A DNA stretch of 64,000 bases. Source: Patescibacteria group bacterium (GTDB lineage Bacteria > Patescibacteriota > Minisyncoccia > Ryanbacterales > GWA2-47-10b). This document shows, piece after piece, positions 48,658 to 58,148 of this stretch. The stretch covers positions 6,608-70,607 of the forward strand of contig JBBTQY010000015.1 in the NCBI GenBank assembly GCA_038065475.1, in the 5' to 3' direction. Position numbers and translations under genes: made by a program. Each line of letters starts with the position of its first letter. The stretch's first letter is position 1. The notes under the pieces were generated by a model that was not told the DNA's origin, did no database searches, and worked only from the letters and a program-made list of their open reading frames with translations.

Positions 48658-49500
48658 TTAACCGTTTTGTTTGGTTGGGCGACGCTTAACAATAAACTGC
48701 TGCGAGTATTTTTTCTTGTTGCGAGTTTTGACACCACGCGTACCCTTACCCCACATGTTCTTGGGGCGACGTGTACCCTGTGGCTGCACACCTTCACCAC
48801 CACCGTATGGGTGATCGACAGGGTTCATAGCAGTACCACGAACAGTCGGGCGAATACCGAGCCAACGCGAGCGACCTGCCTTGCCGATAGTGACAAACAT
48901 ATGCTCTTCGTTGGAAAGCATGCCGACAGTGCCCCATGCCGCAGAATTGACCTTGCGCACTTCTTTTGAAGGCATCTTGAGAGTCGTGATGCGACCTTCT
49001 TGTGCGACAACCTCAGCTGACGAACCAGCAGAGCGGATCATGCGGCCACCGCCACCCGGTTTGAACTCAATATTGTAAACATAGGTACCTGGCACCATGC
49101 GTGAAAGCATCGTGGCATTGCCTGGTTTTACCGGAGCCTTTTCAGAGTACAAAATGACAGAATCTTTTTTCATCTCACGGCCGGCAAGCACATAGCGCTT
49201 CTCACCATCAGGATAGATAACGAGCGCGATAAATGCCGTACGGTTTGGATCGTATTCGATAGATGCAACGCGGCCTGGGATATCACGCTTGTCATACGTA
49301 AAAGAGACAAGACGATACACACGCTTGTGACCACCACCCTTGTGGCGCACCGTGATGCGACCTGCGCTGTTGCGGCCTACGTGGCGCTTACGTCCGCGGG
49401 TCAAGCTTTTTTCTGGTTTGACTCCGTGCGTCAAAACTTCCCGGTAGTTGATACCGGTCATGTGTCTGCGTGATGGAGTTGTAGGTGCGTATGATTTCAT
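48658..49500 (-). CDS. rplB: 50S ribosomal protein L2
   Basis: RHKGGGHK, IEYDPNR, RGTAMNPVDHPYGGGEG. Confidence 0.98.
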   Translation of the reverse strand: MKSYAPTTPSRRHMTGINYREVLTHGVKPEKSLTRGRKRHVGRNSAGRITVRHKGGGHKRVYRLVSFTYDKRDIPGRVASIEYDPNRTAFIALVIYPDGEKRYVLAGREMKKDSVILYSEKAPVKPGNATMLSRMVPGTYVYNIEFKPGGGGRMIRSAGSSAEVVAQEGRITTLKMPSKEVRKVNSAAWGTVGMLSNEEHMFVTIGKAGRSRWLGIRPTVRGTAMNPVDHPYGGGEGVQPQGTRRPKNMWGKGTRGVKTRNKKKYSQQFIVKRRPTKQNG

Positions 49501-49506
49501 AACCAA

Positions 49507-49926
49507 TTAAAAAATATCGATGGTCTCCCCATGACGGAGAGCCACCACCGCCTTTTTATACCCTCTTTTAACACCTTCCGTCAATCCACGGCGGCGTTTT
49601 TTCTCGCGGGCAGCAACAATCTGGACATGCTCAACGTGCACTTTGTATGCGCGCTCAACTGCCTTACGAACAGCTTGTTTGTTTGCCGTCACCGCAATGC
49701 GAAATACATACTGACCAATCTCTGAGAGCTGGCGGGCGCGCTCGGTCACGTGAGGTGCGATGAGTACCGCGCGCTCTACCCCCTCAAAGCGAGTCAAGGC
49801 CTTTGACTCTTTGTGGTCATGATCGTGATCATGGTCTTTGTGATCGTGGGTAGCCGTCTTTGCTACTTTCTTGCCAGAGCGTTTTTGTTCTTTTTCTTTA
49901 TTTTTTAAAAATGGAAGAAGTGCCAT
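49507..49926 (-). CDS. rplW: 50S ribosomal protein L23 with N-terminal Lys/His-rich extension
   Basis: P.VTE, YVF, ANK, YKKAVV.L..G..I; operon position. Confidence 0.92.
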   Translation of the reverse strand: MALLPFLKNKEKEQKRSGKKVAKTATHDHKDHDHDHDHKESKALTRFEGVERAVLIAPHVTERARQLSEIGQYVFRIAVTANKQAVRKAVERAYKVHVEHVQIVAAREKKRRRGLTEGVKRGYKKAVVALRHGETIDIF

Positions 49927-49935
49927 ATGAGTTGA

Positions 49936-50580
49936 TTAGCGAGCAATAGTTGCCACCGCGTCTTTGGTAAATACCAAATACTTTGGCAAAAGCGCTTCTT
50001 CGACGTTGATGTTGCGCGCCTCCATGATTTCTACATATGGCAAGTTGCGAAACGCACGAATGGTTTCGGGTTGCGACTTTGCCGTCAAGATAAGCGTACG
50101 ACCACCCTTTGCGCCAAATGCAGCAAAGCCAGTAGTCTTACCGAATGATTTGAGGAAAGTTGCCGCCTCTTTGGTTTTTGGTTTTTCGGTTGCAAGAGTG
50201 TCGATGAAAATAATCTCACCATCTTTGAGTTTGCGTGAGAGCGCTGCCGCAAGCGCTTTTCTGCGTGCTTTTTTGTTTATTTTGGTCGTAAAATTTTTGT
50301 CCTTTGATGGACCATGAGTCACACCACCACCAACCCAGAGGGGCGAGCGAGTTGAACCGTGTCGTGCGCGACCGGTACCCTTTTGGCGCCAAGGCTTTTT
50401 ACCACCACCGCGAACATCGCCACGATCTTTGACGTGAGCGATTGCCTTGCGGCGATTTGCCTGAATCTGAACGACAGTTTCTTGTACAAGTGTAGGGCTC
50501 CAGCGAACGGCAAAAAGAGCATCAGAGAGAGTAACTTTGCCTACCGTATCGCCTTTTTGATTGTAGAGTGGAGCTTCCAT
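49936..50580 (-). CDS. rplD: 50S ribosomal protein L4
   Basis: [19 protein letters not shown]. Confidence 0.98.
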   Translation of the reverse strand: MEAPLYNQKGDTVGKVTLSDALFAVRWSPTLVQETVVQIQANRRKAIAHVKDRGDVRGGGKKPWRQKGTGRARHGSTRSPLWVGGGVTHGPSKDKNFTTKINKKARRKALAAALSRKLKDGEIIFIDTLATEKPKTKEAATFLKSFGKTTGFAAFGAKGGRTLILTAKSQPETIRAFRNLPYVEIMEARNINVEEALLPKYLVFTKDAVATIAR

Positions 50581-50586
50581 GATAGT

Positions 50587-51129
50587 TTATGCAGAAATTT
50601 CCAAAAGTGTGCCGCGTGCACCGGGTACTGCACCGCGTACGTACAAAAGATTCTTCTCGGCATCGACTTTGGCGACACGCAAACCCTCAACCGTAACGCG
50701 TGTACCACCCATACGGCCACCCATACGAGTACCCTTGAGTACGCGCTGAGGCCATACCGCACCGATCGAGCCTGGCTCACGATGAGCGTGCTTTACACCG
50801 TGGGTCTTGGGTGCACCTTTAAAGCCGTGGCGCTTGACCACACCCTGAAAACCGCGGCCCTTCATGGTGCCTGATACCTTAACCAGATCTCCTTCGGCAA
50901 ACACCGAAACATCGATTTTTGCACCCTTTTCAAATGAATCTTCGGTGCGAAATTCCTTACGGGTCTTGCCGAATGCGACCTGGACTGCCTCATAGCCATC
51001 CTTTTCCTTGCCCTTTACCTGTGAGACCTCGACGGGACCAGCCTGAATGACGGTCACAGGGATTACCGTGCCGTCGTCTTGAAATATTTGGCTCATTTCG
51101 AGCTTTTTGCCGAGGATGAATTTTTTCAT
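50587..51129 (-). CDS. rplC: 50S ribosomal protein L3
   Basis: PVTVI, DGYEAVQ, KGRGFQGVVKRHGF, GAVPG. Confidence 0.97.
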   Translation of the reverse strand: MKKFILGKKLEMSQIFQDDGTVIPVTVIQAGPVEVSQVKGKEKDGYEAVQVAFGKTRKEFRTEDSFEKGAKIDVSVFAEGDLVKVSGTMKGRGFQGVVKRHGFKGAPKTHGVKHAHREPGSIGAVWPQRVLKGTRMGGRMGGTRVTVEGLRVAKVDAEKNLLYVRGAVPGARGTLLEISA

Positions 51130-51296
51130 AGACCCCGCTTATTGGAGCTGCTCCCTTTGGGTAATAAAACACCCCGCACGGCGGGGCTAGGCCTTACCGT
51201 TACTATCTGGGGGGAAATCACCCGAGAAACATGACCCCTTTGTAGCACAACGAAAAAGAGCTGTCTAGAGGGAAGATCAAGGCACCAAAAAAAGAA

Positions 51297-51325
51297 TTGA
51301 CAATAAGCATTTACTGGTTTATTAT
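51297..51325 (+). promoter_or_regulatory. Sigma70-type promoter
   Basis: TTGACA-N17-TATTAT followed by AAGGAGG. Confidence 0.7.
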
Positions 51326-51342
51326 AGGCACCGGAAGGAGGG

Positions 51343-51759
51343 TTGATGACCCAACATGAAAAGAAGGCGGTTCTCATCGTCAATGGAGACCAGGAAAGCC
51401 GGCGCCTTTTGCGCTTCCGTTTGGAGCGAGCTGGCTACCGCGCAGTCATGACAACCAAGGGCAGTATTGCGCTCGACGTGATCATGGATGGCGGTAAGCC
51501 CGACCTCATCGTCACGGAGCTCGTGCTCCCTGGACTTGACGGCTTCGGCCTGATCGAAGGCGTGCGTAGACAACACACGCTCCAAGACCTGCCGATCATC
51601 GTGCTCACCGCACAGACTCTGGGCGGTGTGCGTGAGCGGGCGCTCGCGGCGGGTGCCAACGAGTTCTTCACCATCCCACTCGAGGAGCCTCTGGCTCTCA
51701 CGGCGGCCATTCGGCGACTTCTCGAAGCCGTGCCCGCCCGGCACACCCAGCTCGGATAG
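51343..51759 (+). CDS. Stand-alone atypical receiver (REC) domain protein
   Basis: VLIVNGD...PDLIVTELVLPGLDG...PIIVLTA...AGANEFFTIP. Confidence 0.85.
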   Translation: MMTQHEKKAVLIVNGDQESRRLLRFRLERAGYRAVMTTKGSIALDVIMDGGKPDLIVTELVLPGLDGFGLIEGVRRQHTLQDLPIIVLTAQTLGGVRERALAAGANEFFTIPLEEPLALTAAIRRLLEAVPARHTQLG

Positions 51760-51785
51760 AGCCTCCGAGCAGAGAGGAGGGGGAA

Positions 51786-51983
51786 ATGCCTGGAGAAAGA
51801 GTTCTCGTCATCACAACCAATCTGAGCCCGCTCGAGAGCGTGCTCCAGGGACTGGGCATGATCCGAGAAGCCCGTGAGGAGTTCCTTGGCACGACCATCG
51901 TGGTGTACGGCGCGCTGGACGCGTCGCCACCAACGGAGTTCGTGCCGCTCCACCGTACACTCGAGAAGCTTCCCAACTCGTAA
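51786..51983 (+). CDS. Small protein resembling a partial receiver domain
   Basis: GAGGAGG SD; VLVITTNL...GLGMIREARE..GTTIVV. Confidence 0.5.
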   Translation: MPGERVLVITTNLSPLESVLQGLGMIREAREEFLGTTIVVYGALDASPPTEFVPLHRTLEKLPNS

Positions 51984-52146
51984 CAAGCGCCCACGCGCGC
52001 AACCCCGGTCACCAACATCAACGGTGACCGGTTTTTTTATTGACATTTTATAAGAAATAGTATATAAAAAGCCTAGATTTCTTCCCTATCCCCTGCGGCT
52101 GCGGCCCAGGGCTTCCCCTTTACCAAAAGGGCTATCGGAGGACACG

Positions 52147-52524
52147 ATGCGAGTAACCTTGAAAACGGGCGAGAGAATCACGGTCATGACACCGGACGAC
52201 GACACAGAAGCCGGTCGTCTGGCCTACAATCTTCTCTTTACCCTGCTCGCCCTTCTCGCGTCAGAGACGCCGCGAGACATCAAGCTGAAGTTCCAATTCA
52301 CTGGCAAGAACTCAGCTACGATCGCTCTGTTCATCGACGACAAGCTGCGCGAGAATATTCCGTGCATCAACTTCAACCTGGGGCGCTCGGTGGGTCGCGC
52401 ACGCGCCGTCGACCTGATACGCTTCCGTCTCGGTGGGCTCGTCTGCGCGCTGACCGGCGGCAAGTTCGCACTACTCGACGACATCAACGCGGGCTCGACG
52501 ATCCACCTTGCCCGCCTTCTCTGA
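52147..52524 (+). CDS. Hypothetical protein
   Basis: TTGACA-N17-TATAAA at 52040-52068; GGAGG SD. Confidence 0.65.
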   Translation: MRVTLKTGERITVMTPDDDTEAGRLAYNLLFTLLALLASETPRDIKLKFQFTGKNSATIALFIDDKLRENIPCINFNLGRSVGRARAVDLIRFRLGGLVCALTGGKFALLDDINAGSTIHLARLL

Positions 52525-52538
52525 CGAGAGGAAATAAC

Positions 52539-52910
52539 ATGCCAAACAGCAAAACCGTACTACTCGCAGATACACGAAGCTACCGGATGGAATGGGAAGC
52601 GCTCATCGGATATCAGGTCGGGACACACTCAATTCGTTTCCATGAAGCTTGGAGTGTATTGAGCGCGGTCGCGGCCACACAGCGTGAGTGTCCAAACCTC
52701 ATCATCACCGAGCTGCTCGGTGCCGAGCATGGATGCTGGATGATCCGTGAACTGCGCCGCATCGCGCCCGACTCCCGCATCATCGTGGTGTCGGCGAACA
52801 ATACAGACAGGATCGCCGACGCAATCCATGCGGGAGCAGTCGAATACTTCACCAAGCCCCTCGACTACGACAGGTTCATCGGCACCGTGCGGCGATACCT
52901 CGAGCTCTAG
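52539..52910 (+). CDS. Stand-alone atypical receiver domain protein
   Basis: VLLAD...PNLIITEL...RIIVVSA...AGAVEYFTKP; GAGGA SD before ATG 52539. Confidence 0.82.
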   Translation: MPNSKTVLLADTRSYRMEWEALIGYQVGTHSIRFHEAWSVLSAVAATQRECPNLIITELLGAEHGCWMIRELRRIAPDSRIIVVSANNTDRIADAIHAGAVEYFTKPLDYDRFIGTVRRYLEL

Positions 52911-53019
52911 GCGCACACACGCCACCAACGCCACGAGGCGCTTCTGGAAGCATTCCGGAAGCGCCTCTTTTCTTTTTTGTACGGCTTGACCGCTAGGATA
53001 AAATGGTTTACTCTCTGGG

Positions 53020-53176
53020 CTAAAGCTGGCGGAGCGAACGCGCCGAAGTTGGGGAACTCTCCCACCCTGATAACGGACGCCCTTGTTCGCTCCGCCAGCC
53101 CATCGAAGCACTTTCGACCATCCCCTGCAGCCAGAGACGGCATCACAAAAAAACCACACCATCCACGGTGTGGTTT
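53020..53176 (+). ncRNA. Candidate structured non-coding RNA
   Basis: TTGACC-N17-TACTCT at 52986-53014; perfect 15-bp stem 53025-39/53085-99; hairpin at 53151-76. Confidence 0.4.
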
Positions 53177-53193
53177 CGTCATTTTATACAGAG

Positions 53194-53523
53194 TTAAGCG
53201 CGCGAAACTTTAATATATCGGTAAATCGAGCGCACGATACTAATAAGACCCGCGCCCAGAAGAATAGGAAGAGCAACGAGTCCCGCGGAGCATCGCCAAT
53301 CTTCTCCCTGTACACCAAAGCAAGCAGCGAAAGTTATAAAAAAGATAAATGCTGCGGGAATGCCAGCGATAAGAGCTACCTCCACAATGTGCAAAAGCAA
53401 AGAAAAAATATTCACTATTTTACGGCGAGGCAAAAAGAATATGAGTACTAACACAAGTAAAAACGCGCAGAGTATTACTATCTCTGGATAAAAGAAAAAT
53501 AATTCTGCGATATCTCGTAACAT
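53194..53523 (-). CDS. Small membrane protein
   Basis: Three hydrophobic helices. Confidence 0.6.
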   Translation of the reverse strand: MLRDIAELFFFYPEIVILCAFLLVLVLIFFLPRRKIVNIFSLLLHIVEVALIAGIPAAFIFFITFAACFGVQGEDWRCSAGLVALPILLGAGLISIVRSIYRYIKVSRA

Positions 53524-53540
53524 ATTTTTATATTAATCTC

Positions 53541-53993
53541 TTAAAAAACTTTTTTGCCGTGCGCGTTCCAGTACATCCAGAGATGTACTGCGGCAACGAT
53601 GTACAAGATAGCGGTCACCGTAAAGACAAACCCGCCCCATGCGATGCGCATTCCAATATTGTTGCCGATGATTGGTACAAGACCAAGGTTAATACCCGAC
53701 ACCACGCTGACAAAAAACATAACAGTATCACGCATATCTTTTTTACCAAACACTTTCTGCCCGCCTGTATACCAGCGCCAGCCGAGATATGCTGATGCCG
53801 CGCCCGAGACGAGCCACGAGAGTGTGAGGATGGTGCCTACCAGTCCATAAAAAACTGAAGAGCCAAGCAGCCAATAGAGTGGCGGCGTGCCGCCTAACAG
53901 TAATGCAAATGCGGCGATAACTAACCGCGCCTCTGACCAGAGAAAAGAATACTTTTCCAAATTCTCCGGCTTTGTAAATTCTTGTGTGGTCAT
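53541..53993 (-). CDS. Four-TM membrane protein
   Basis: Hydrophobic ORF; its 5' end recurs at 55032-55101 and 55862-55900. Confidence 0.75.
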   Translation of the reverse strand: MTTQEFTKPENLEKYSFLWSEARLVIAAFALLLGGTPPLYWLLGSSVFYGLVGTILTLSWLVSGAASAYLGWRWYTGGQKVFGKKDMRDTVMFFVSVVSGINLGLVPIIGNNIGMRIAWGGFVFTVTAILYIVAAVHLWMYWNAHGKKVF

Positions 53994-54112
53994 ATATGCA
54001 TGAGATTACTGATATCGTCTTTAGTATATCACCTTAAGTTACCAACAAGCATCAACCTCTATGCACAGAACAATACTAGCGCCTAAGAACCAAAACTCCT
54101 TATAATAAACTT

Positions 54113-54421
54113 ATGACTTACTGGCAAAGATTAGCGCGTAGTACTTCTGCCTTTGGTTTACTCTGGTTATTTGTGTTTCTATCAGATGTGCTAGGACAAG
54201 TAAAAAGCTTTGTGCCTCAAAAAGCTTATGTCCCGCAAGAAGCTCTTCTGAAAAACATACAAGAAACTTGGTTTGCCGGTTTAGTAGGTACCTTTCTCAC
54301 AATAATACTGTTCTCACTTTTTATTCGCTCAGAAAAAATCTATACCGCGCAATCTACAGGATCAATAATTGGTTTCCTTTTTGCGACTGTACTTGTAATA
54401 AGCTGGAAACTATTTTCCTAA
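54113..54421 (+). CDS. Small membrane protein
   Basis: Three TM helices; bidirectional terminator at 54437-54466. Confidence 0.6.
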   Translation: MTYWQRLARSTSAFGLLWLFVFLSDVLGQVKSFVPQKAYVPQEALLKNIQETWFAGLVGTFLTIILFSLFIRSEKIYTAQSTGSIIGFLFATVLVISWKLFS

Positions 54422-54515
54422 GAGTATTTTCGATCAACCAAAAACCGCCCAAGGGCGGTTTTTGGTTGGACAGGATCCTTTGACTACATCTTTACTTCGA
54501 CATCAACACCGCAAA

Positions 54516-54755
54516 TTATTTTAATTGAACAACCTTGGCCTTGGAACCAAGAAAATGTTCCAGTTTACCCTTACCTTCGCGAAAAGTATCAAAGCTGAAA
54601 CCGTGAATATCGATACGTACCGGATTGCCCTTTTTATCAACATCAATAACCACGTTGCCCCTGATATCAGAATCAACGCTTTTGCCTTTACCTACGGCAA
54701 GGGAAAGTACCTCGCTGCCGCGGTCGTATGAAATTTTTCTTTGTTGTTTGCTCAT
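54516..54755 (-). CDS. DUF2283-like putative antitoxin
   Basis: ISYD....VLSL...VVIDVDKKG.PV.IDI pattern. Confidence 0.78.
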   Translation of the reverse strand: MSKQQRKISYDRGSEVLSLAVGKGKSVDSDIRGNVVIDVDKKGNPVRIDIHGFSFDTFREGKGKLEHFLGSKAKVVQLK

Positions 54756-55000
54756 AAATATTTCTTGATTTTAGATGTTTCTATAACTGTAATAACACGC
54801 AGTGTATCTTTTACTTTTTCACCAATAACTATCAACAGTCTCGGTATATGCCGCTTTTTATACAGCTTTTTAAACATCAATCTACCTCTTGCATCATATA
54901 ATATTTTTGTTGGATTTACCAATGCTTCCTCAATGAGTGCTACGGAAATAGATCTCTCCTGCATCCGTAATTTTGCGTGAGGAGATAAAGTATATTTCAT
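54752..55000 (-). CDS. DUF4258-like putative toxin
   Basis: LSPHAKLRMQERSIS...VITV; 4-nt overlap with the partner gene. Confidence 0.8.
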   Translation of the reverse strand: MKYTLSPHAKLRMQERSISVALIEEALVNPTKILYDARGRLMFKKLYKKRHIPRLLIVIGEKVKDTLRVITVIETSKIKKYL

Positions 55001-55031
55001 GGATACATACTATCACAGACATATTACACCC

Positions 55032-55101
55032 ACCGCGCCTCTGACCAGAGAAAAGAATACTTTTCCAAATTCTCCAGCTTCATAAATTCATTTGTGGTCA
55101 T
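55032..55101 (-). repeat. Diverged copy of the first 70 nt of gene 53541-53993
   Basis: 65/70 identity to 53924-53993; reads MTTNEFMKLENLEKYSFLWSEARWV*. Confidence 0.9.
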
Positions 55102-55106
55102 AGGAT

Positions 55107-55499
55107 TTAAGAACTAAAATATTTAATAATTAAGGAAAAACCGACAAAGACTAAAACAAAAAAAATAAATATGATGTACCGAGGGAGCTCCCCTTTCTCT
55201 TGAGGACGCTTTGCCCCAACTAAATCTTTGGCCGTACCAATAGCAATTCCAGCGGGCATGCTCCCCAAACCATATGACTGTGTATCTTTACCAGTCAAAC
55301 CGGTAAGTTTTCGATATCGATACCATTTTGCATATCCAACTAATAACGTTCCTATAAAGAATGTTGGCCATAGCATTATCCAGAGATTTTCATTCATATC
55401 GGGAAATGCCGCTGTCAAAAAACCCATCGCAACAAAAGTTACAACAAATGCAAGAAGGTAGTAAGTGTAAAGCGTGAATGGTTTCCTGGGGGACTCCAT
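55107..55499 (-). CDS. Membrane protein
   Basis: Three TM helices from ATG 55499 (MESPRKPF). Confidence 0.65.
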   Translation of the reverse strand: MESPRKPFTLYTYYLLAFVVTFVAMGFLTAAFPDMNENLWIMLWPTFFIGTLLVGYAKWYRYRKLTGLTGKDTQSYGLGSMPAGIAIGTAKDLVGAKRPQEKGELPRYIIFIFFVLVFVGFSLIIKYFSS

Positions 55500-55548
55500 A
55501 TTTTCAGTATACCATCCGAAATAAAAAACCGCCCGAGGGGGCGGGGTG

Positions 55549-55824
55549 TCACTTGATCGTGTAGTAGGGCACGCCCCTGACCACGTGTCTCTCAGCAGTA
55601 TGTCCGCCGATACCCAGAAGCAACCCGATGAGGGTCTCGCCATCAGCAGGTATGAGCCTGCCCGAAAAGTTGATTGACATGACCTTCTCAGGATCGGTCC
55701 GCGCTGAGGGCGGAGGACCACTACTACTGCCGGCCCTGACCCGATAGATCTTGAATGTGCGCGGGGGCTCAAACGAAATTACATCGCCACTATTCAACCT
55801 CACAAGCCACCTCCTTTCTGGCAC
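55549..55824 (-). CDS. Possible small hypothetical protein
   Basis: GC-rich ORF bracketed by two hairpin terminators; start uncertain. Confidence 0.35.
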   Translation of the reverse strand: MPERRWLVRLNSGDVISFEPPRTFKIYRVRAGSSSGPPPSARTDPEKVMSINFSGRLIPADGETLIGLLLGIGGHTAERHVVRGVPYYTIK

Positions 55825-55861
55825 AGGCTAGCACAAACTAAAAACCTCCGCCAAGCGGAGG

Positions 55862-55900
55862 TTCCAAATTCTCCGGCTTTGTAAATTCTTGTGTGGTCAT
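55862..55900 (-). repeat. Exact copy of the first 39 nt of gene 53541-53993
   Basis: Identical to 53955-53993; runs directly into a terminator hairpin. Confidence 0.9.
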
Positions 55901-55929
55901 AGATAAAAATTATTTTTAGCTAATAAAAA

Positions 55930-56502
55930 TTAATTTTCATAGCCTAGCGTGCGATCGTTAGCGACAAGATGATATTTGCTTCCGCCAACATCTACTAAAA
56001 GCTCTATATCGTAAGGTCCTACGGGATGAGTAACTTTTTTATATTCAAGTTTAACAATGACATCCTCGCCTTCTTTAACTAGCAATGGAACATCTTCGAG
56101 AACAATATAAAGTTTTTTTCGGAAACTAGCCCAATCAAATACTTGAACACCAAGAACAGACTTACCGAAGTCTTCGAGCTCAGATTTTAAAGCGTCGAGG
56201 GAATATTTATAAAAAGCTTTTTTGATTTCTTGAGATAATATCTCACTCCAAATATTATTATCTATGTATTTACTAGCTTTTGCGAGCACATAAATCTCGT
56301 TTAGTATTTTCTCTGCATCTTTTGTAAGAAATGCATGGCATATCCAATTTCTATAAAATCTTATTACCTTAAAATTCGATTGTCGACCTGGAACCAATTC
56401 CAAATACTTACAAATTCCCACTAAAACATAAATTATGTCTTGTTCTGAATATGATGTTTGGGTAAAAATATTTTTAGTCTTATCTAAAATTACTGATTTC
56501 AT
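55930..56502 (-). CDS. AT-rich hypothetical protein
   Basis: 190-aa ORF with an FYRNWICH (RxxxxH-like) segment. Confidence 0.65.
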   Translation of the reverse strand: MKSVILDKTKNIFTQTSYSEQDIIYVLVGICKYLELVPGRQSNFKVIRFYRNWICHAFLTKDAEKILNEIYVLAKASKYIDNNIWSEILSQEIKKAFYKYSLDALKSELEDFGKSVLGVQVFDWASFRKKLYIVLEDVPLLVKEGEDVIVKLEYKKVTHPVGPYDIELLVDVGGSKYHLVANDRTLGYEN

Positions 56503-56519
56503 AAAGCTCTCTAGAAAAC

Positions 56520-56544
56520 AAAAGCCCCGCAGGGCGGGGCTTTT
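56520..56544 (-). terminator. Intrinsic terminator after rpsJ
   Basis: AAAAGCCCCGC-AGG-GCGGGGCTTTT. Confidence 0.8.
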
Positions 56545-56552
56545 GGTCTCGT

Positions 56553-56885
56553 TTACATCTTTACCTCTACATCAACACCGGCAGGAAGGTTGAGGTTGGT
56601 GAGCGCATCGATGATCTTGGGCGTTGGGTCCTTGATATCGACAATGCGCTTGTGCACGCGCATCTCAAACTGTTCGCGAGCGTTTTTGTGCACGAATGTC
56701 GAGCGGTTTACTGTGTACTTACGGATTTCCGTAGGCAGCGGCACCGGCCCTACAATCTCGCCTCCGTACCTGCGCGCGGTCTCTACAATCTGCTTTACCG
56801 ACGCGTCGATGACCTTGTTGTCATACGCGCGGATGCGAATGCGGAGCTTGGTCGCGGTTGGAGTTTTGTCTGCTGCTCGTGCCAT
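56553..56885 (-). CDS. rpsJ: 30S ribosomal protein S10
   Basis: [26 protein letters not shown]. Confidence 0.98.
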   Translation of the reverse strand: MARAADKTPTATKLRIRIRAYDNKVIDASVKQIVETARRYGGEIVGPVPLPTEIRKYTVNRSTFVHKNAREQFEMRVHKRIVDIKDPTPKIIDALTNLNLPAGVDVEVKM

Positions 56886-56909
56886 GTGATGTGTTAGTAA
56901 GGGTTAGAA

Positions 56910-58106
56910 TTATTTGCTGATTTTAGTTACAACACCAGCACCTACCGTCTTACCACCCTCGCGGATAGCAAAGCGCTGTTTTTCTTCGAGTGCTACGGCC
57001 TGTACGAGTTTTACTTGGAACTTCATCGTATCACCTGGCATAACCATCTCGGTGCCCTGTGGAAGGGTTACCTCGCCTGTTACGTCAGTGGTGCGGATGT
57101 AAAACTGTGGCTTGTAGCCAGCGAAAAATGGCGTGTGGCGTCCACCTTCATCTTTGGTGAGGATATATACCTCAGCTTCAAACTCGGTGTGAGGGGTGAC
57201 TGATCCTGGCTTTGCCAAAACCTGACCGCGCTCAACATCTTCTTTTTTGAGACCACGAAGCAAGAGACCAGCGTTGTCACCTGCCTGACCCTCGTCAAGA
57301 GATTTATTGAACATTTCGATACCGGTCACCACAGTCTTTTGTGTGTCGCGGATACCAATGATTTCAATTTCCTCGCCTACTTTTACCTGACCGCGCTCGA
57401 TCTTACCGGTAACCACGGTGCCACGTCCTTCAATCGAGAAGACGTCTTCTACTGGCATCAAGAATGGCTTTTGGAGATCGCGAACTGGCTCAGGGATATA
57501 GGTATCGAGCTGATGGGTAAGCTCAAGCACTGCCTTGACCGCTGGGTCTTCGGCTGACTTGCCTTCCAATGCCTTGAGAGCTGAGCCGCGGATGATTGGG
57601 GTCTTGTCACCTGGGTATTCGTACTTGGTGAGAAGGTCACGAATTTCCTGCTCGACAAGGTCGATAAGCTCTGGATCGTCTACTGCATCGCACTTGTTGA
57701 GAAATACGATGATTGAGGGTACACCTACCTGCTTTGCAAGCAAGATGTGCTCGCGCGTCTGAGGCATAGGGCCATCAGTTGCGGCTACCACGAGCACTGC
57801 GCCATCCATCTGGGCGGCACCCGTGATCATGTTTTTGATATAGTCGGCGTGTCCCGGCGCATCGATGTGCGCATAGTGGCGAACTGCCGACTCATATTCT
57901 GAGTGGTGGAGTGCAATAGTAATACCACGCGCCCGCTCCTCGGGTGCGTTGTCAATCTGGCTCACATCCTCAACACGCACCTTGTTTCCGGCGAGTGCCA
58001 AGCTATGGAGAATTGCCGCCGTCAAAGTAGTCTTACCGTGGTCGACGTGACCAATGGTGCCTACGTTGAGGTGCGGTTTTGAACGGTCAAATTTTTCCGC
58101 TGCCAT
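56910..58106 (-). CDS. tuf: Elongation factor Tu
   Basis: [26 protein letters not shown]. Confidence 0.99.
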   Translation of the reverse strand: MAAEKFDRSKPHLNVGTIGHVDHGKTTLTAAILHSLALAGNKVRVEDVSQIDNAPEERARGITIALHHSEYESAVRHYAHIDAPGHADYIKNMITGAAQMDGAVLVVAATDGPMPQTREHILLAKQVGVPSIIVFLNKCDAVDDPELIDLVEQEIRDLLTKYEYPGDKTPIIRGSALKALEGKSAEDPAVKAVLELTHQLDTYIPEPVRDLQKPFLMPVEDVFSIEGRGTVVTGKIERGQVKVGEEIEIIGIRDTQKTVVTGIEMFNKSLDEGQAGDNAGLLLRGLKKEDVERGQVLAKPGSVTPHTEFEAEVYILTKDEGGRHTPFFAGYKPQFYIRTTDVTGEVTLPQGTEMVMPGDTMKFQVKLVQAVALEEKQRFAIREGGKTVGAGVVTKISK

Positions 58107-58148
58107 AGTGAAAAAGCGATTAAAACTAGTAATTATTAGATAACGCCA

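Noticed and set aside
53924-55901. Repeats as a CRISPR array or integron attC sites
   Set aside because: Unequal lengths, kb-scale spacing, coding origin, and no cas or intI genes in the window
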